This document shows positions 19,886 through 30,999 of a DNA stretch of 49,169 nucleotides, in pieces. Source of the DNA: a virus (Duplodnaviria > Heunggongvirae > Uroviricota > Caudoviricetes); the IMG/VR virus record IMGVR_UViG_2740892489_000001; one strand, given 5' to 3'. The position numbers and the translations under genes were made by a program. Numbering within the stretch: position 1 is the first letter of the stretch; every line of letters starts with the position of its first letter. The notes under the pieces are model-generated. The model searched no databases. It was given only the letters and a program-made list of their open reading frames with translations, and was not told the DNA's origin.

Positions 19886-21344
19886 ATGAATACATCTCAT
19901 GTAAGAGTTGTTACTCATATGTGTGGGTTCCTGGTTTGGCTCTATAGTCTTTCAATGTTGCCACCAATGGTTGTAGCATTGTTTTATAAAGAAAAAAGCC
20001 TGTTCGTTTTCTTTATAACTTTCGTTATATTTTTTTTGCATTGGTGGCGGAGCGTGGTATACAACTAAGAAATCTGGCATTCAATTACGTACCCGTGATG
20101 GGTTTATTATAATTGTAATGTTTTGGATTTTGTTTTCTGTTATTAGTGCATTCCCTTTATGGATTGACTCAGAACTTAATTTAACGTTCATTGATGCTCT
20201 GTTTGAAGGGGTTTCTGGAATAACAACAACAGGAGCAACTGTAATTGATGATGTTAGTTCATTACCTCGGGCATATTTGTACTATCGGTCACAGTTAAAT
20301 TTTATAGGTGGTTTAGGAGTTATTGTTCTGGCGGTTGCTGTATTGCCATTATTGGGTATTGGTGGTGCAAAGCTTTATCAGTCAGAAATGCCGGGGCCAT
20401 TTAAGGATGACAAACTCACTCCCCGCCTGGCCGATACGTCACGGACACTGTGGATAACTTATTCTTTATTAGGTATTGCTTGTATTGTCTGTTATAGACT
20501 TGCAGGAATGCCTTTGTTTGATGCTATTTGTCACGGGATTTCCACAGTTTCGCTTGGTGGTTTCTCAACTCATAGCGAGAGTATCGGATATTTTAATAAC
20601 TATTTGGTTGAGCTGGTGGCTGGTTCTTTTTCCCTGCTATCGGCTTTCAACTTCACTCTTTGGTATATTGTTATTAGCAGGAAAACGATAAAACCTTTAA
20701 TCAGAGATATTGAACTTCGTTTCTTTCTGTTAATAGCCTTAGGGGTGATCATTGTTACCTCTTTCCAGGTCTGGCATATAGGTATGTATGACTTGCATGG
20801 AAGTTTTATTCATTCGTTTTTTCTTGCCAGCTCCATGCTCACTGATAATGGTTTAGCTACGCAGGATTATGCAAACTGGCCCACGCACACGATAGTGTTT
20901 TTGCTGTTGTCAAGTTTCTTTGGGGGATGTATAGGTTCAACTTGTGGTGGAATTAAGTCACTTCGATTTCTTATACTTTTCAAACAAAGCAAACACGAGA
21001 TAAATCAGCTTTCTCATCCCAGAGCGTTGTTGAGTGTAAATGTAGGAGGGAAGATAGTTACAGATCGTGTAATGAGGTCTGTATGGAGTTTCTTTTTTCT
21101 TTATACTCTCTTCACGGTGTTTTTTATACTGGTGTTAAATGGTATGGGATATGATTTTCTTACATCATTTGCAACAGTGGCTGCATGTATTAATAATATG
21201 GGATTAGGTTTTGGGGCTACTGCATCGTCATTCGGAGTGCTTAATGACATTGCAAAATATTTAATGTGCATAGCTATGATTCTTGGTCGCCTTGAAATTT
21301 ATCCTGTTATTATATTGTTTTCAGGTTTTTTTTGGCGCTCCTAA
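19886..21344 (+). CDS. trkG: Trk potassium uptake membrane protein TrkG; frame broken at T8 run 20030-20037
   Basis: MNTSHVRVVTHMCGFLVWLYSL... N-terminus (ORF 19868..20068) and 408-aa ORF 20118..21344 join if the run is one base shorter. Confidence 0.85.
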
Positions 21345-21481
21345 TATATGGCTGATTTATAATTGTGAGTTTAATATTATATTGACTCACTCATTGATCC
21401 AATACCTAACTTTACCAGCAACACCTCCGCCCCCAGTAGCACTGGCTGCTGGGGTGCGTTTTATTCATAAAGCAAGGCTGT

Positions 21482-22270
21482 ATGAGCGAGAAATTAAAGA
21501 TAGTCTATCGCCCATTACAAGAATTGTCACCGTATGCGCACAACGCCAGGACGCACAGTACTGAGCAGGTGGCACAACTGGTAGAAAGTATTAAGCAATT
21601 CGGCTGGACTAATCCGGTGCTGATTGACGAAAAGGGCGAAATTATTGCGGGTCACGGTCGTGTTATGGCGGCTGAAATGCTCAAAATGGATTCTGTTCCG
21701 GTCATTGTTCTGTCTGGCCTGACGGATGAGCAGAAAAAGGCGTACCGCCTGGCAGATAATCGCCTACCGATGAATGCTGGCTGGGATGAAGATCTATTGC
21801 GGATGGAGCTGTCGGACCTAATCAATGCTGATTTTGATGTCTCCCTGACAGGCTTCGGCCCGACAGAAATTGATGAACTGTTGACGGATGTTTTGCCCGG
21901 TACAGGAAATAAGGAGGAGCCGTATACGACGAAAATTGATACGCCTGTTTATGAGCCGTCGGGCGGTAAACCGGATATCAGTGAACTGTACGACGATACG
22001 AAAACTCAGGAGCTGATCAGCCGGATACGTTCGGCGTCCCTTGATCCTGATATTGAGAAATTCCTCCTGTGTGCGGCAGAACGTCACACGGTGTTTAATT
22101 TCAGCAGAATTGCGGACTATTACGCTCATGCCCCCGCTGAAATTCAGTGCCTTTTCGAGGAGTCGGCGCTGGTGATCATTGATTATCAGCAGGCTATTGA
22201 AAATGGATTTGTCCGAATGACGCAGCGCATGGTGGCGATCATGCATAGCGGGGAGGAGGAATATGCGTGA
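21482..22270 (+). CDS. ParB-like nuclease domain protein (YnaK-like)
   Basis: N-terminal IVYRPLQELSPYAHNARTHS...GHGRVMAA resembles a ParB N-terminal domain. Confidence 0.6.
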   Translation: MSEKLKIVYRPLQELSPYAHNARTHSTEQVAQLVESIKQFGWTNPVLIDEKGEIIAGHGRVMAAEMLKMDSVPVIVLSGLTDEQKKAYRLADNRLPMNAGWDEDLLRMELSDLINADFDVSLTGFGPTEIDELLTDVLPGTGNKEEPYTTKIDTPVYEPSGGKPDISELYDDTKTQELISRIRSASLDPDIEKFLLCAAERHTVFNFSRIADYYAHAPAEIQCLFEESALVIIDYQQAIENGFVRMTQRMVAIMHSGEEEYA

Positions 22271-23196
22271 TGATTTTTGCGCCTTTATTCTGACTCACGG
22301 GCGACCGGACAAAGTTCTGACTTACCGGACGTTGCGTCGTGCTGGCTATACCGGGAAAATTTTTATCGTTGTTGATGATGAAGATAAGACACGGCATCAG
22401 TACATGGCTGAATTTGGTGAACAGGTGCTGGTATTTTCCAAAGCCGATATTGCCAGTCGTTTTGACGAAGCCGATAATTTTGGTGACCGCCGCTCAATTT
22501 TTTTACGCCCGTAATGCCTGTTTCGACCTGGCAAAACTGGTCGGGTGTAAATACTTCATTCAGCTCGATGATGATTATCACGAGTTCCAGTTTCGGGTGG
22601 ATCGCAACTATGACCAGGCCTATTTCCCGATAAGGAAACTGGATGCGATCCTTTCTGAAATGCTGGCGTATTACGAATCAATACCCGCGCTTTCCATCGC
22701 TATGTCGCAGGGCGGGGATTTTCTTGGTGACAATGGCGGCCATGCTTCGTGGGTGAAACGCAAGGCAATGAACAGCTTTATCTGTTCGGTTGATCGACCG
22801 TTCTCATTCATGGGGCGCATTAACGAGGATGTGAATACGTACACGAATCTCGGTCGCTGTGGTGAATTGTTTATGACGATCGGTGCTGTCCAGTTAGGGC
22901 AGAAACAGACGCAGAAAAACAGCGGCGGAATGACCGAGCTGTATCTGGATTCCGGAACCTACGTTAAAAGTTTTTACTCCGTCATGTATGCGCCGTCGTG
23001 CGTAAAAATCTCACTGATGGGTGCCAGCCATAAACGCATTCACCATCAGGTCACCTGGAACAACGCTGCAGTAAAAATCCTTCACGAAAAATACAGGAAG
23101 AAGACACCCTGCATATCAATGGGGGTGACAAATGATTCCGTATTCGAAAGTCGAGTCTCTGGCAGCGTGCCGGATGACTGCACAACAAATCGCTGA
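22263..23196 (+). CDS. Hypothetical protein, possibly glycosyltransferase-like; frame broken at T7 run 22498-22504
   Basis: ORF 22263..22514 (AFILTHGRPD...) continues into ORF 22339..23196 frame (FYARNACFD..., IQLDDDY) if one T is removed. Confidence 0.4.
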
Positions 23197-23383
23197 CGTT
23201 CTGGATGTTGATCTGAACCGACTGAAAGAAAATCGGGAAGCAATGACAGATTTTTATGCGGCCATCCGTAAGGGCAGAGCGAAAGGTGAAGCCGAGTTAC
23301 GAGCGGCATTGTTTAAGCTTGCCAGAAAAGGGGATGCCTTTGCTCTGCGCGAACTACTCAGGGTGGATAAAAATCAGGACTAA
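23132..23383 (+). CDS. Small hypothetical protein upstream of terminase
   Basis: 83-aa ORF; overlaps end of upstream gene; function unknown. Confidence 0.3.
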   Translation: MIPYSKVESLAACRMTAQQIADVLDVDLNRLKENREAMTDFYAAIRKGRAKGEAELRAALFKLARKGDAFALRELLRVDKNQD

Positions 23384-23386
23384 CTG

Positions 23387-24486
23387 ATGAGCAGACCGGA
23401 CTGGGGGGCGTTGCAGCAGGAGTATATTGCTGAATACACCCGCTCCGGTATATCTCCGGTGGCATGGTGTGAAGCAAGGGGACTGAACTACGCAACAGCC
23501 CGTCGTTACATCAAAAAAAACTCCGAAAAATGCGCAGAAAGAAAATGCGCAAAACTGCGCAAAAAAAGTGCGCGAAAAAAAAACTGCGCAGACTGCGCAA
23601 AGGCAGAACGGAAAATCTCAGAAAAAAAAAGGCTGTATCCGATGCACTCCTGATTGAGGGGGACACGGAAGAAATTTCGTTCTGCCCCGATGAATTCGGT
23701 ATTTCTGACCAGCAGGCAAAATTCGCCATGTTGGTTGCTCAGGGGAAAAAGCCGACAGAGGCATACCGACTGGCTGGTTATGAGGGGCAAGGTGCGACAG
23801 CTAACAGCAACGCCAGCCGTATGCTTAGAAATGCCAGGGTTTATCGTGCTATCAGCTACTTCCGCAATCAGTACCAGAAACGCTATACCGCAGACCTGGA
23901 TTTACTGGTGAGCCAGTTGATGGCCATTGTCCAGGCCGACCCCAATCAGTTGGCACAATTTCGCCGTGTTAACTGCCGTTATTGCTGGGGCGAGAATCAT
24001 CTCTACCAGTGGCGTGATATTGCAGAATTCGATAAGGCTGCGGCACAGGCCTCCAGAGATGGTAAACCCGAGCCGGAATATGGAGGCCTCGGCTTTGTTG
24101 ATAACGCCATACCCAATCCGGATTGCCCGAAGTGCTGCGGTGAGGGAACGGGACAGCTTTATATGGCTGATACCACACTGCTTGATGGGGATGCGCGGCA
24201 ATTATATGCAGGGTCAAAGCTCGGAAAATACGGTGTTGAGATCCTGCTGGAGGATAAGGCTGCCGCCCGGCGTGAATTGTTGCGTTTGCTTTCTGCTGGC
24301 GGGGCATTATGTGCAGATAAACGGCTACAGGAACTGGAAATTGAACGGCGCAGAATAGAAAACCAGAAGCTGCGCAAAGAGATCGAAACGGTGGAGGATA
24401 ATGAACATCCCCAGCCTGTGGCGATCAATATTAATGTGGTTGATGCCAGATTAAGGAGTGATGAAGATGATCTCTCCGACGCTTAA
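23387..24486 (+). CDS. Terminase small subunit; frame ambiguous through A-run repeat region 23513-23630
   Basis: N-terminal ORF 23387..23653 and ORF 23530..24486 (AKFAMLVAQGKKPTEAYRLAGY...ANSNASRMLRNARV) separated only by A8/A7/A9 runs. Confidence 0.6.
23513..23630. repeat. Array of six TGCGC(A/G) hexamers interleaved with A6-A9 tracts
   Basis: TGCGCA at 23531, 23546, 23556, 23585, 23594 and TGCGCG at 23569; A runs at 23513, 23561, 23575, 23622. Confidence 0.5.
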
Positions 24487-25768
24487 TGTGCCTCAGGCGC
24501 GATTTCTTTCAATGCCCCATAAATTTAAAGCCTATATTGCTGGTTTTGGCTCGGGCAAAACATGGGTTGGGTGTGGCGGCATATGCAAGGGGATTTGGGA
24601 GCATCCAGGTATAAATCAGGGATATTTTGCGCCAACGTATCCCCAAATTCGCGATATTTTTTACCCTACAGTGGAAGAAGTTGCTGCTGACTGGGGATTG
24701 AACGTAAAAATTAATGAGGGAAATAAAGAGGTTCACTTTTATTACGGACGCCAGTATCGGGGAACCACTATCTGCAGATCGATGGAGAAGCCACAAACGA
24801 TCGTCGGTTTCAAAATTGGTAATGCGCTGGTGGATGAACTGGATATTTTGCCGAAGGAAAAAGCCAGAACGGCGTGGCGCAAGATAATTGCGCGTATGCG
24901 TTATAAGATTGATGGACTTCGCAACGGTATTGACGTTACAACCACGCCGGAAGGATTCAAATTTGTCTACGAGCAGTTTGTTAAAGCCGTGCGTGAAAAA
25001 ACAGAGCTGGCCTCACTGTATGGTCTGGTGCAGGCATCTACTTTCGATAATGAAAAGAACCTGCCAGCAGATTACATTCCTTCACTTCTTGAATCATACC
25101 CTCCAGGGTTGATTAAAGCCTATCTTCTAGGACGGTTTACTAACCTGACAAGTGGTACTGTTTACCATCAGTTTGACCGGAAACTGAATAATTGCGAAGA
25201 AGTGGAGCAGCCAGGGGAGCCGATTTATATTGGGATGGATTTTAACGTTGGAAAGATGGCGGGAATCGTCCATGTGCTGCGTTTGGGGCTTCCATGTGCG
25301 GTAACTGAAATCATCAATGCCTACGATACGCCGGATATGATCCGCCTCATTAAAGAACGCTTCTGGCCGTATGACGGGCATGATTACCGGAAAGTGAGGG
25401 AGATTTATATTTATCCAGATGCTTCCGGAGATTCCAGAAAATCAAGTAACGCAAGTACGACGGATATAGCCCAGCTTAAGCAGGCAGGTTTTAACGTTGT
25501 GGTGAACAGCTCGAACCCGCCAGTAAAAGATCGCGTTAACTCAATGAATGCAATGTTCTGCAATGCCAATGGTGAGCGTCGCTATAAAGTTAATGTGAAG
25601 CGTTGTCCGGTATATGCCGAATCTCTGGAGCAACAGGTCTGGGATGATAAGGGGGAGCCTGATAAAAAATCTGGCAATGATCACCCGAATGATGCCGGAG
25701 GTTATTTCATCGTTAAGCAATTCCCTATTGTCAAACCGACCGGAAGAGTCACATCACTTCGGATTTAA
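24458..25768 (+). CDS. Terminase large subunit
   Basis: Walker A-like AGFGSGKTW near N-terminus; 436 aa. Confidence 0.85.
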   Translation: MMKMISPTLNVPQARFLSMPHKFKAYIAGFGSGKTWVGCGGICKGIWEHPGINQGYFAPTYPQIRDIFYPTVEEVAADWGLNVKINEGNKEVHFYYGRQYRGTTICRSMEKPQTIVGFKIGNALVDELDILPKEKARTAWRKIIARMRYKIDGLRNGIDVTTTPEGFKFVYEQFVKAVREKTELASLYGLVQASTFDNEKNLPADYIPSLLESYPPGLIKAYLLGRFTNLTSGTVYHQFDRKLNNCEEVEQPGEPIYIGMDFNVGKMAGIVHVLRLGLPCAVTEIINAYDTPDMIRLIKERFWPYDGHDYRKVREIYIYPDASGDSRKSSNASTTDIAQLKQAGFNVVVNSSNPPVKDRVNSMNAMFCNANGERRYKVNVKRCPVYAESLEQQVWDDKGEPDKKSGNDHPNDAGGYFIVKQFPIVKPTGRVTSLRI

Positions 25769-25770
25769 TT

Positions 25771-27178
25771 ATGGCTGATATATCAACACCCAACCTCGAC
25801 TATAACGATATGCTGGAGGCGTGGGATATTAACGACGCATTGATGGGCGGTACGCTTGAAATGCGCAGGCAGGGGGAAAATTATCTCCCCAAATGGCCTA
25901 ATGAAGATGAAGACGCTTATAAAAAAACGCCTGTCTGTGGCTACGCTACTTCCTGTGTATGAAGAAAGCATCAAACAAAATATTGGGCGCATATTTGCAG
26001 AGCCGACAGTATTGAGTGAGGAAACGCCGGAAAAAATCAGGGAATATGCAGAAAATATCGACATGGAGGGGAGCCGACTGGATGTGTGGGCGCAGCAATT
26101 TTTCAGTCTCGCATTTCAGTATGGTGTGGCACATGCGCTGGTGGACTATCCACGAACGGATATGAACGAGATTCGGACAAAAGCCGATGAAAACGCGGCC
26201 GGTGGTCGCCCGTACGTTACGATGCTGAATCCACGCCAGGTTATTGGATGGAAATCGAAAGTTGAAAAAGGGAAAGTTGTTCTCACTGATTTGCGTATAA
26301 AAGAGGTCATCATTATTGATGGTGATGATTTCGGGCAGAAGAAGGTGGAGCAGATCCGCCATATTATGCCCCGTCGAGTAGAAATTTATCGACGCAGCGA
26401 AGGTACTAATGGCGAATCTGTCTGGATGCTTCATGAGTCATGGAATACCAGCCGTGATGATATTCCTCTGGTAACACTGTATACGAAGAAAACAGGGTTT
26501 ATGCGTGGTACACCGCCATTGCTTAATCTTGGCTTGCTGAATATCAAGCACTGGCAAAGCCAGAGCGAGCAGGACAATATTCTTCATGTTGCCCGCGTTC
26601 CATTGCTGGTGGCCTACGGGCTGGACAGGAATGAAGAACTGACGGTTGGTGCATCCACCGCTACGATTTTTGAGGACAGAACAAAAAATGGCCTCGAATA
26701 TGTTGAACATAGTGGCGCAGCGATAGAATCTGGCGAAACATCACTTGAGAAGCTGGAAAATCAGATGCGTCATGCCGGCGCTAAACTTCTGCGGGCTGAA
26801 AATACATCCACCAAATCTGTTGATCAGACTAATGAAGAGCGGATGCAGGAACACTCGCCGCTTTATACAATGGCGAACTCCCTCGAAGATGCCCTCGATA
26901 ATATTCTCCAGATAATGGCGGAATGGAGCGGAGAGAGTTGCGGTGGCAATGTGGATGTGCGCACTGAACTGGATGTATCTGCCCAGGTGTTTGACTCATC
27001 CTCCGCGCTGGCTGTTCAGTCATTGCGTCAGGGCGGTGATATACGTCAGATTGATGCGGTTCGGGTGTTGCAGGCGTTGAAATTTATCGATCAGGATTCC
27101 CGTCCAGAGGAAGTGATCGATGAATTAAAAAATCAGAGTGTAATGCTGATGGAAATCAATGATGCAAACCGTGAATGA
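25771..27178 (+). CDS. Portal protein; frame broken at A7 run 25921-25927
   Basis: ORF 25771..25962 joins 440-aa ORF 25856..27178 in frame (…AYKKRLSVATLLPVYEES…) if one A is removed. Confidence 0.75.
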
Positions 27179-28274
27179 ACGGCTGCGTGATGAATCAATT
27201 GCTCATGCAGTCTGGATATCCCGCTATAGCACTGGTGTGGCTGCCAGAATGGTGAAAATACTGAATGACAGCGATGCGGAGCTTACAGCTCGCCTGCTGG
27301 TAGCACTGGACAGCCTCGATCCTGGTAGTTTTACCGTTACGCGCCTGGAGTCACTTCTGGCGAGTGTCAGAGAGGTTAACCGCGCTGCTATTAACAGCAT
27401 GTTTACCAGTCTCTCCGGAGAGCTGAACGAGCTGGCAATTTATGAGGCTGGTTATCAGTTAAGTCTGTTTGATTCTCTGCTACCTGATTTTGTTGCTGAT
27501 GTTCACCCTCTGGTTGGTATATCTTCTGATGCACTTTACGCCGCTGCAATGGCGCGACCATTCCAGGGACGACTGCTCAGTGAGTGGGCCTTGGATCTTG
27601 AGGCGGATCGGCTCAGACGCATAACAAATACGGTGCGTCAGGGTTTTTTGCTGGGGGATACCAATGAGCAGATCGCAAGAAAAATTCGGGGACATGTCAG
27701 CAAGGGATTTCAGGATGGTGCATTGCAGATGAGCCGGGCTAATGCGGCCAGCATTGCAAAAACAGCGGTTGGACATCTTGCTGCTACTGCCCGTGAGAGT
27801 TTTGCCAGCGCGAATAATGATTTGATTAAGGGTAAGCAATGGTTATCAACGCTTGATAATCGTACTACGCCACAATGTCGAATCAGGGATCGCCTCAAAT
27901 ATACGCTGGATAATAAACCTGTAGGTCACAGTGTGCCTTATTTGCATGGGCCGGGAAAAATTCATTTCTGCTGCCGCTCAACGGAAACGTTCATTCTGAA
28001 ATCAGCGAAGGAACTGGGTATTGATGTTCGTGATATTTCCCCGGCTGAGCGGGCCAGCATGGATGGCGTGGTGGCCGGAGATACAACCTACAGGGAATGG
28101 TTTTTGCGTCAGCCTTACACCAGACAAAAACAGATTGTGGGGGAAACCCGGGCAAAGCTGATTCGGGATGGCGGTATGTCGCCAGATGAATTTTACACCG
28201 ATAAAGGCGAATGGCTGACGCTGAAGCAACTCCGTGAGCGTGATGCACAGGTATTCAGAAAAGCAGGGATTTAA
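27159..28274 (+). CDS. Head morphogenesis protein (Mu F / SPP1 gp7-like)
   Basis: 371 aa immediately after portal, overlapping its end. Confidence 0.65.
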   Translation: MMQTVNERLRDESIAHAVWISRYSTGVAARMVKILNDSDAELTARLLVALDSLDPGSFTVTRLESLLASVREVNRAAINSMFTSLSGELNELAIYEAGYQLSLFDSLLPDFVADVHPLVGISSDALYAAAMARPFQGRLLSEWALDLEADRLRRITNTVRQGFLLGDTNEQIARKIRGHVSKGFQDGALQMSRANAASIAKTAVGHLAATARESFASANNDLIKGKQWLSTLDNRTTPQCRIRDRLKYTLDNKPVGHSVPYLHGPGKIHFCCRSTETFILKSAKELGIDVRDISPAERASMDGVVAGDTTYREWFLRQPYTRQKQIVGETRAKLIRDGGMSPDEFYTDKGEWLTLKQLRERDAQVFRKAGI

Positions 28275-28294
28275 ATAAATCATTTATTACAACA

Positions 28295-28318
28295 GGCTAC
28301 CTTCGGGTGGCCTTTTTT
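28295..28318 (+). terminator. Stem-loop plus T tract after head morphogenesis gene
   Basis: GGCTACC-TTCG-GGTGGCC followed by T6. Confidence 0.5.
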
Positions 28319-28378
28319 ATTGCTGCGATCCGGATGGTGAGCAGCGTAACTGTCGGAAGACTTAAACCAGGTACTAAT

Positions 28379-29143
28379 ATGAAACTGAAAACGGTCGAGA
28401 TTAACGGAAAACAATACGCAGAAATTGATACTGCTGGCCTGCCAGTTTATGTGCACGACGATGGTAAAGAAATCGGCTTCGATGCACCGCTGGCGATAAA
28501 AAAAATTACAGAGCTTAATGGCGAGGCAAAAAATCATCGCCTGGCTAAAGAAGCTGCAGAGGAAAAACTGGCTAAGTTTGCCGCTATCGAAGACCCGAAG
28601 AAGGCGATCGAGGCACTGGAAATGCTGTCAAAAATCGACCAGAAAAAGCTGATCGATGCGGGACAGGTTGACCAGGTTAAGGCAGAAATTACGAAAAATT
28701 TTCAGCAGCAATTAGATGAAGAAAAGCAACGCTCTCAGATGCTGGAGACGCAGCTTTACGATTCTATGATTGGCGGTAGTTTTGCGGGTTCAAAATATAT
28801 TGCCGATAAAATTGCGATCCCGGCAGATTTATTACAAGCCCGCTTCGGGCAGGCATTCAAAGTGGAAGAAGGGAAGATCGTTGCTTATGACGCTTCCGGC
28901 AACAAAATTTATTCCCGCGCGAAGCCTGGCGAACTGGCGCAGTTTGATGAGGCGCTGGAGTTCCTCGTCGAAAATTACCCTCAGAAAGACTACATCCTGA
29001 AAGCCAGTGGCAACAATGGCGGCGGCTCCCGTCCGACACAGCATGATGTTGGTCAGAAAACGATGAAACGCTCTGCTTTTGATGCACTGGATGTTGCAGG
29101 TAAGCAAAACGCATTGAAAGACGGTATCACAATTGTTGATTAA
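28379..29143 (+). CDS. Scaffolding protein candidate
   Basis: Charged, helical-looking 254-aa protein directly upstream of the major capsid gene. Confidence 0.5.
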   Translation: MKLKTVEINGKQYAEIDTAGLPVYVHDDGKEIGFDAPLAIKKITELNGEAKNHRLAKEAAEEKLAKFAAIEDPKKAIEALEMLSKIDQKKLIDAGQVDQVKAEITKNFQQQLDEEKQRSQMLETQLYDSMIGGSFAGSKYIADKIAIPADLLQARFGQAFKVEEGKIVAYDASGNKIYSRAKPGELAQFDEALEFLVENYPQKDYILKASGNNGGGSRPTQHDVGQKTMKRSAFDALDVAGKQNALKDGITIVD

Positions 29144-29241
29144 CACATTTGTCAGCTTCCGGATGGGAGCTGGTGTCAGGGCTGGATAGCTCATTACTCC
29201 ATCTATTCACAATTACGCAAATTTTTAAGGAATATTTAATT

Positions 29242-30381
29242 ATGGCTGGAAATACCCTGACCGGGTTGATCCCGACTATTTATACCGCCCTGGATATTGT
29301 ATCCCGTGAGCAGGTAGGTTTTATCCCTGCGGTAGCAAAAAACGCAAAAGCTGACGCCGCAGCAAAAGATCAGACGGTAACCGCGCCAGTTGCGCCTGAG
29401 GCGAAAACCGAAGATATCGTACCGGGGCCGTCAGCTCCGAATACCGGTGATCAAAATATTGGCACTGTTGATGTGAAAATTACTAAATCCAAAATGGCAC
29501 CGGTTAAATGGAATGGTGAAGAACAACTGGCTCTTGGCCCTTCAGGGACTTACAACACCATTCTGGCTGATCAGTTCAAGCAGGCTTTTCGCGCCCTTGC
29601 AAACGAGGTTGAGGCTGATCTTGGTGCGTTGTATTTCGGTGCTTCCCGCGCCGTGGGAACCGCAGGGACAACGCCGTTTGGTGTTAAAGATGATCTTTCT
29701 GATGCTGCTCTGGCTCGTCAGGTTCTGGAGGATAACGGCGCACCGACAACCGATCTGCAGATGGTGCTTGGCTCCACTGCCATTGCTAATTTGCGCGGAA
29801 AACAGTCTGTACTGTTTAAAGTGAATGAATCCGGCACTGAACAGCTACTGCGTGAGGGCGTGTTGGGGCGTCTGGAGGGATTCAATATTCACAGTTCGGC
29901 AGGTGTAAAACGAGCGCCAAAGGTTGCTGCAACTGGTTATCTCGTGAATGGCGAGAAAAAAGAAGGCGATGTTCTTATTTCCATTGATACTGGTTCGGGG
30001 AGTATTTCTGCAGGTCAGATTGTTACGTTCGCTGGCGATCCGAATCAGTATGTTGTGGCAGCAGCGACCAGCAATCTGATTACTCTTGCAGCGCCCGGAC
30101 TGCGTCAGGATCTGGCCGATGATACTGCAATCACAGTTGTTGGCTCCTTTACTGCAAATATGGCGTTTGATCGCAACGCGTTTCTGCTGGCATCCCGTAC
30201 TCCGGCAATGCCGGAAGGTGGCGATAATGCTGATGATGTAATGAATGTTACGGACCCGATTTCAGGGATTACGTTCCAGATTGCACTGTATCGTCAGTAT
30301 CGCCAGGTGCGCTATGAAGTTGGACTGGCATGGGGTGTTTCATCAGTGAAGCCGGCACATGGTTGTCTGATTCTTGGTTAA
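29242..30381 (+). CDS. Major capsid protein candidate
   Basis: 379 aa after scaffold, followed by a strong terminator; AAGGA Shine-Dalgarno before ATG 29242. Confidence 0.6.
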   Translation: MAGNTLTGLIPTIYTALDIVSREQVGFIPAVAKNAKADAAAKDQTVTAPVAPEAKTEDIVPGPSAPNTGDQNIGTVDVKITKSKMAPVKWNGEEQLALGPSGTYNTILADQFKQAFRALANEVEADLGALYFGASRAVGTAGTTPFGVKDDLSDAALARQVLEDNGAPTTDLQMVLGSTAIANLRGKQSVLFKVNESGTEQLLREGVLGRLEGFNIHSSAGVKRAPKVAATGYLVNGEKKEGDVLISIDTGSGSISAGQIVTFAGDPNQYVVAAATSNLITLAAPGLRQDLADDTAITVVGSFTANMAFDRNAFLLASRTPAMPEGGDNADDVMNVTDPISGITFQIALYRQYRQVRYEVGLAWGVSSVKPAHGCLILG

Positions 30382-30391
30382 ACATTCAAAC

Positions 30392-30411
30392 GGGGCTTCG
30401 GCCCCATTTTT
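30392..30411 (+). terminator. Rho-independent terminator after capsid gene
   Basis: GGGGC-TTCG-GCCCC followed by ATTTTT. Confidence 0.6.
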
Positions 30412-30423
30412 AATGGGGGGCAT

Positions 30424-30600
30424 ATGGCCGGATTAACTAAAGAGCAAAGAGCACAGCGTGAAGCCGCACAAAAAACGCAAATTGAGTTAGTGGTTATGGT
30501 GACCGATTATCAGATGTTTCCCGGCGCACCAACTATCGCTAATGTTCATCCTGATGAAGTTGACAACTGGAAGGCTATGGGCTGGAAAACTCAGGAGTAA
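30424..30600 (+). CDS. Small head-region protein (58 aa)
   Basis: Hand translation MAGLTKEQRAQREAAQKTQIELVV...; GGGGGG Shine-Dalgarno; below track cut-off. Confidence 0.35.
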   Translation: MAGLTKEQRAQREAAQKTQIELVVMVTDYQMFPGAPTIANVHPDEVDNWKAMGWKTQE

Positions 30601-30603
30601 CAC

Positions 30604-30999
30604 ATGATCACTTACGTGACCTGTGATGACGTTGATAATGCGTTTGGGAACGCCTGGACGAGTGAGAACGCTAAAAATAAAGCTGTTTTAATGGCTAATG
30701 CCTGGCTTAATGGCTTCAACCTGAAAATTAACCCATCCCGTATTCCGGAAGAGGTAAAACTTGCGGGAGCATATGCAGCCAGAATTGCCTCATTCGGTAA
30801 GTTGTTTCAGCAGAAAAATGATTCTGGCGTTGTTATCAGTAAAGCCGTGTCGGCTGACGGGGTCAGTGTATCGAAATCATTTTCTGAGTTGCCAGCAAAC
30901 AGCACTGCATTGCTTGAACCCGATTTACAGCTTGCGATAGCACTGCTGAAACCGTACGGACTTAGTCGCTCACAAGTCAGGGTTGTGAGGGGGGGATAA
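30604..30999 (+). CDS. Head-tail connector/adaptor protein candidate
   Basis: First of four tightly packed ~130-aa ORFs between capsid and major tail genes. Confidence 0.45.
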   Translation: MITYVTCDDVDNAFGNAWTSENAKNKAVLMANAWLNGFNLKINPSRIPEEVKLAGAYAARIASFGKLFQQKNDSGVVISKAVSADGVSVSKSFSELPANSTALLEPDLQLAIALLKPYGLSRSQVRVVRGG

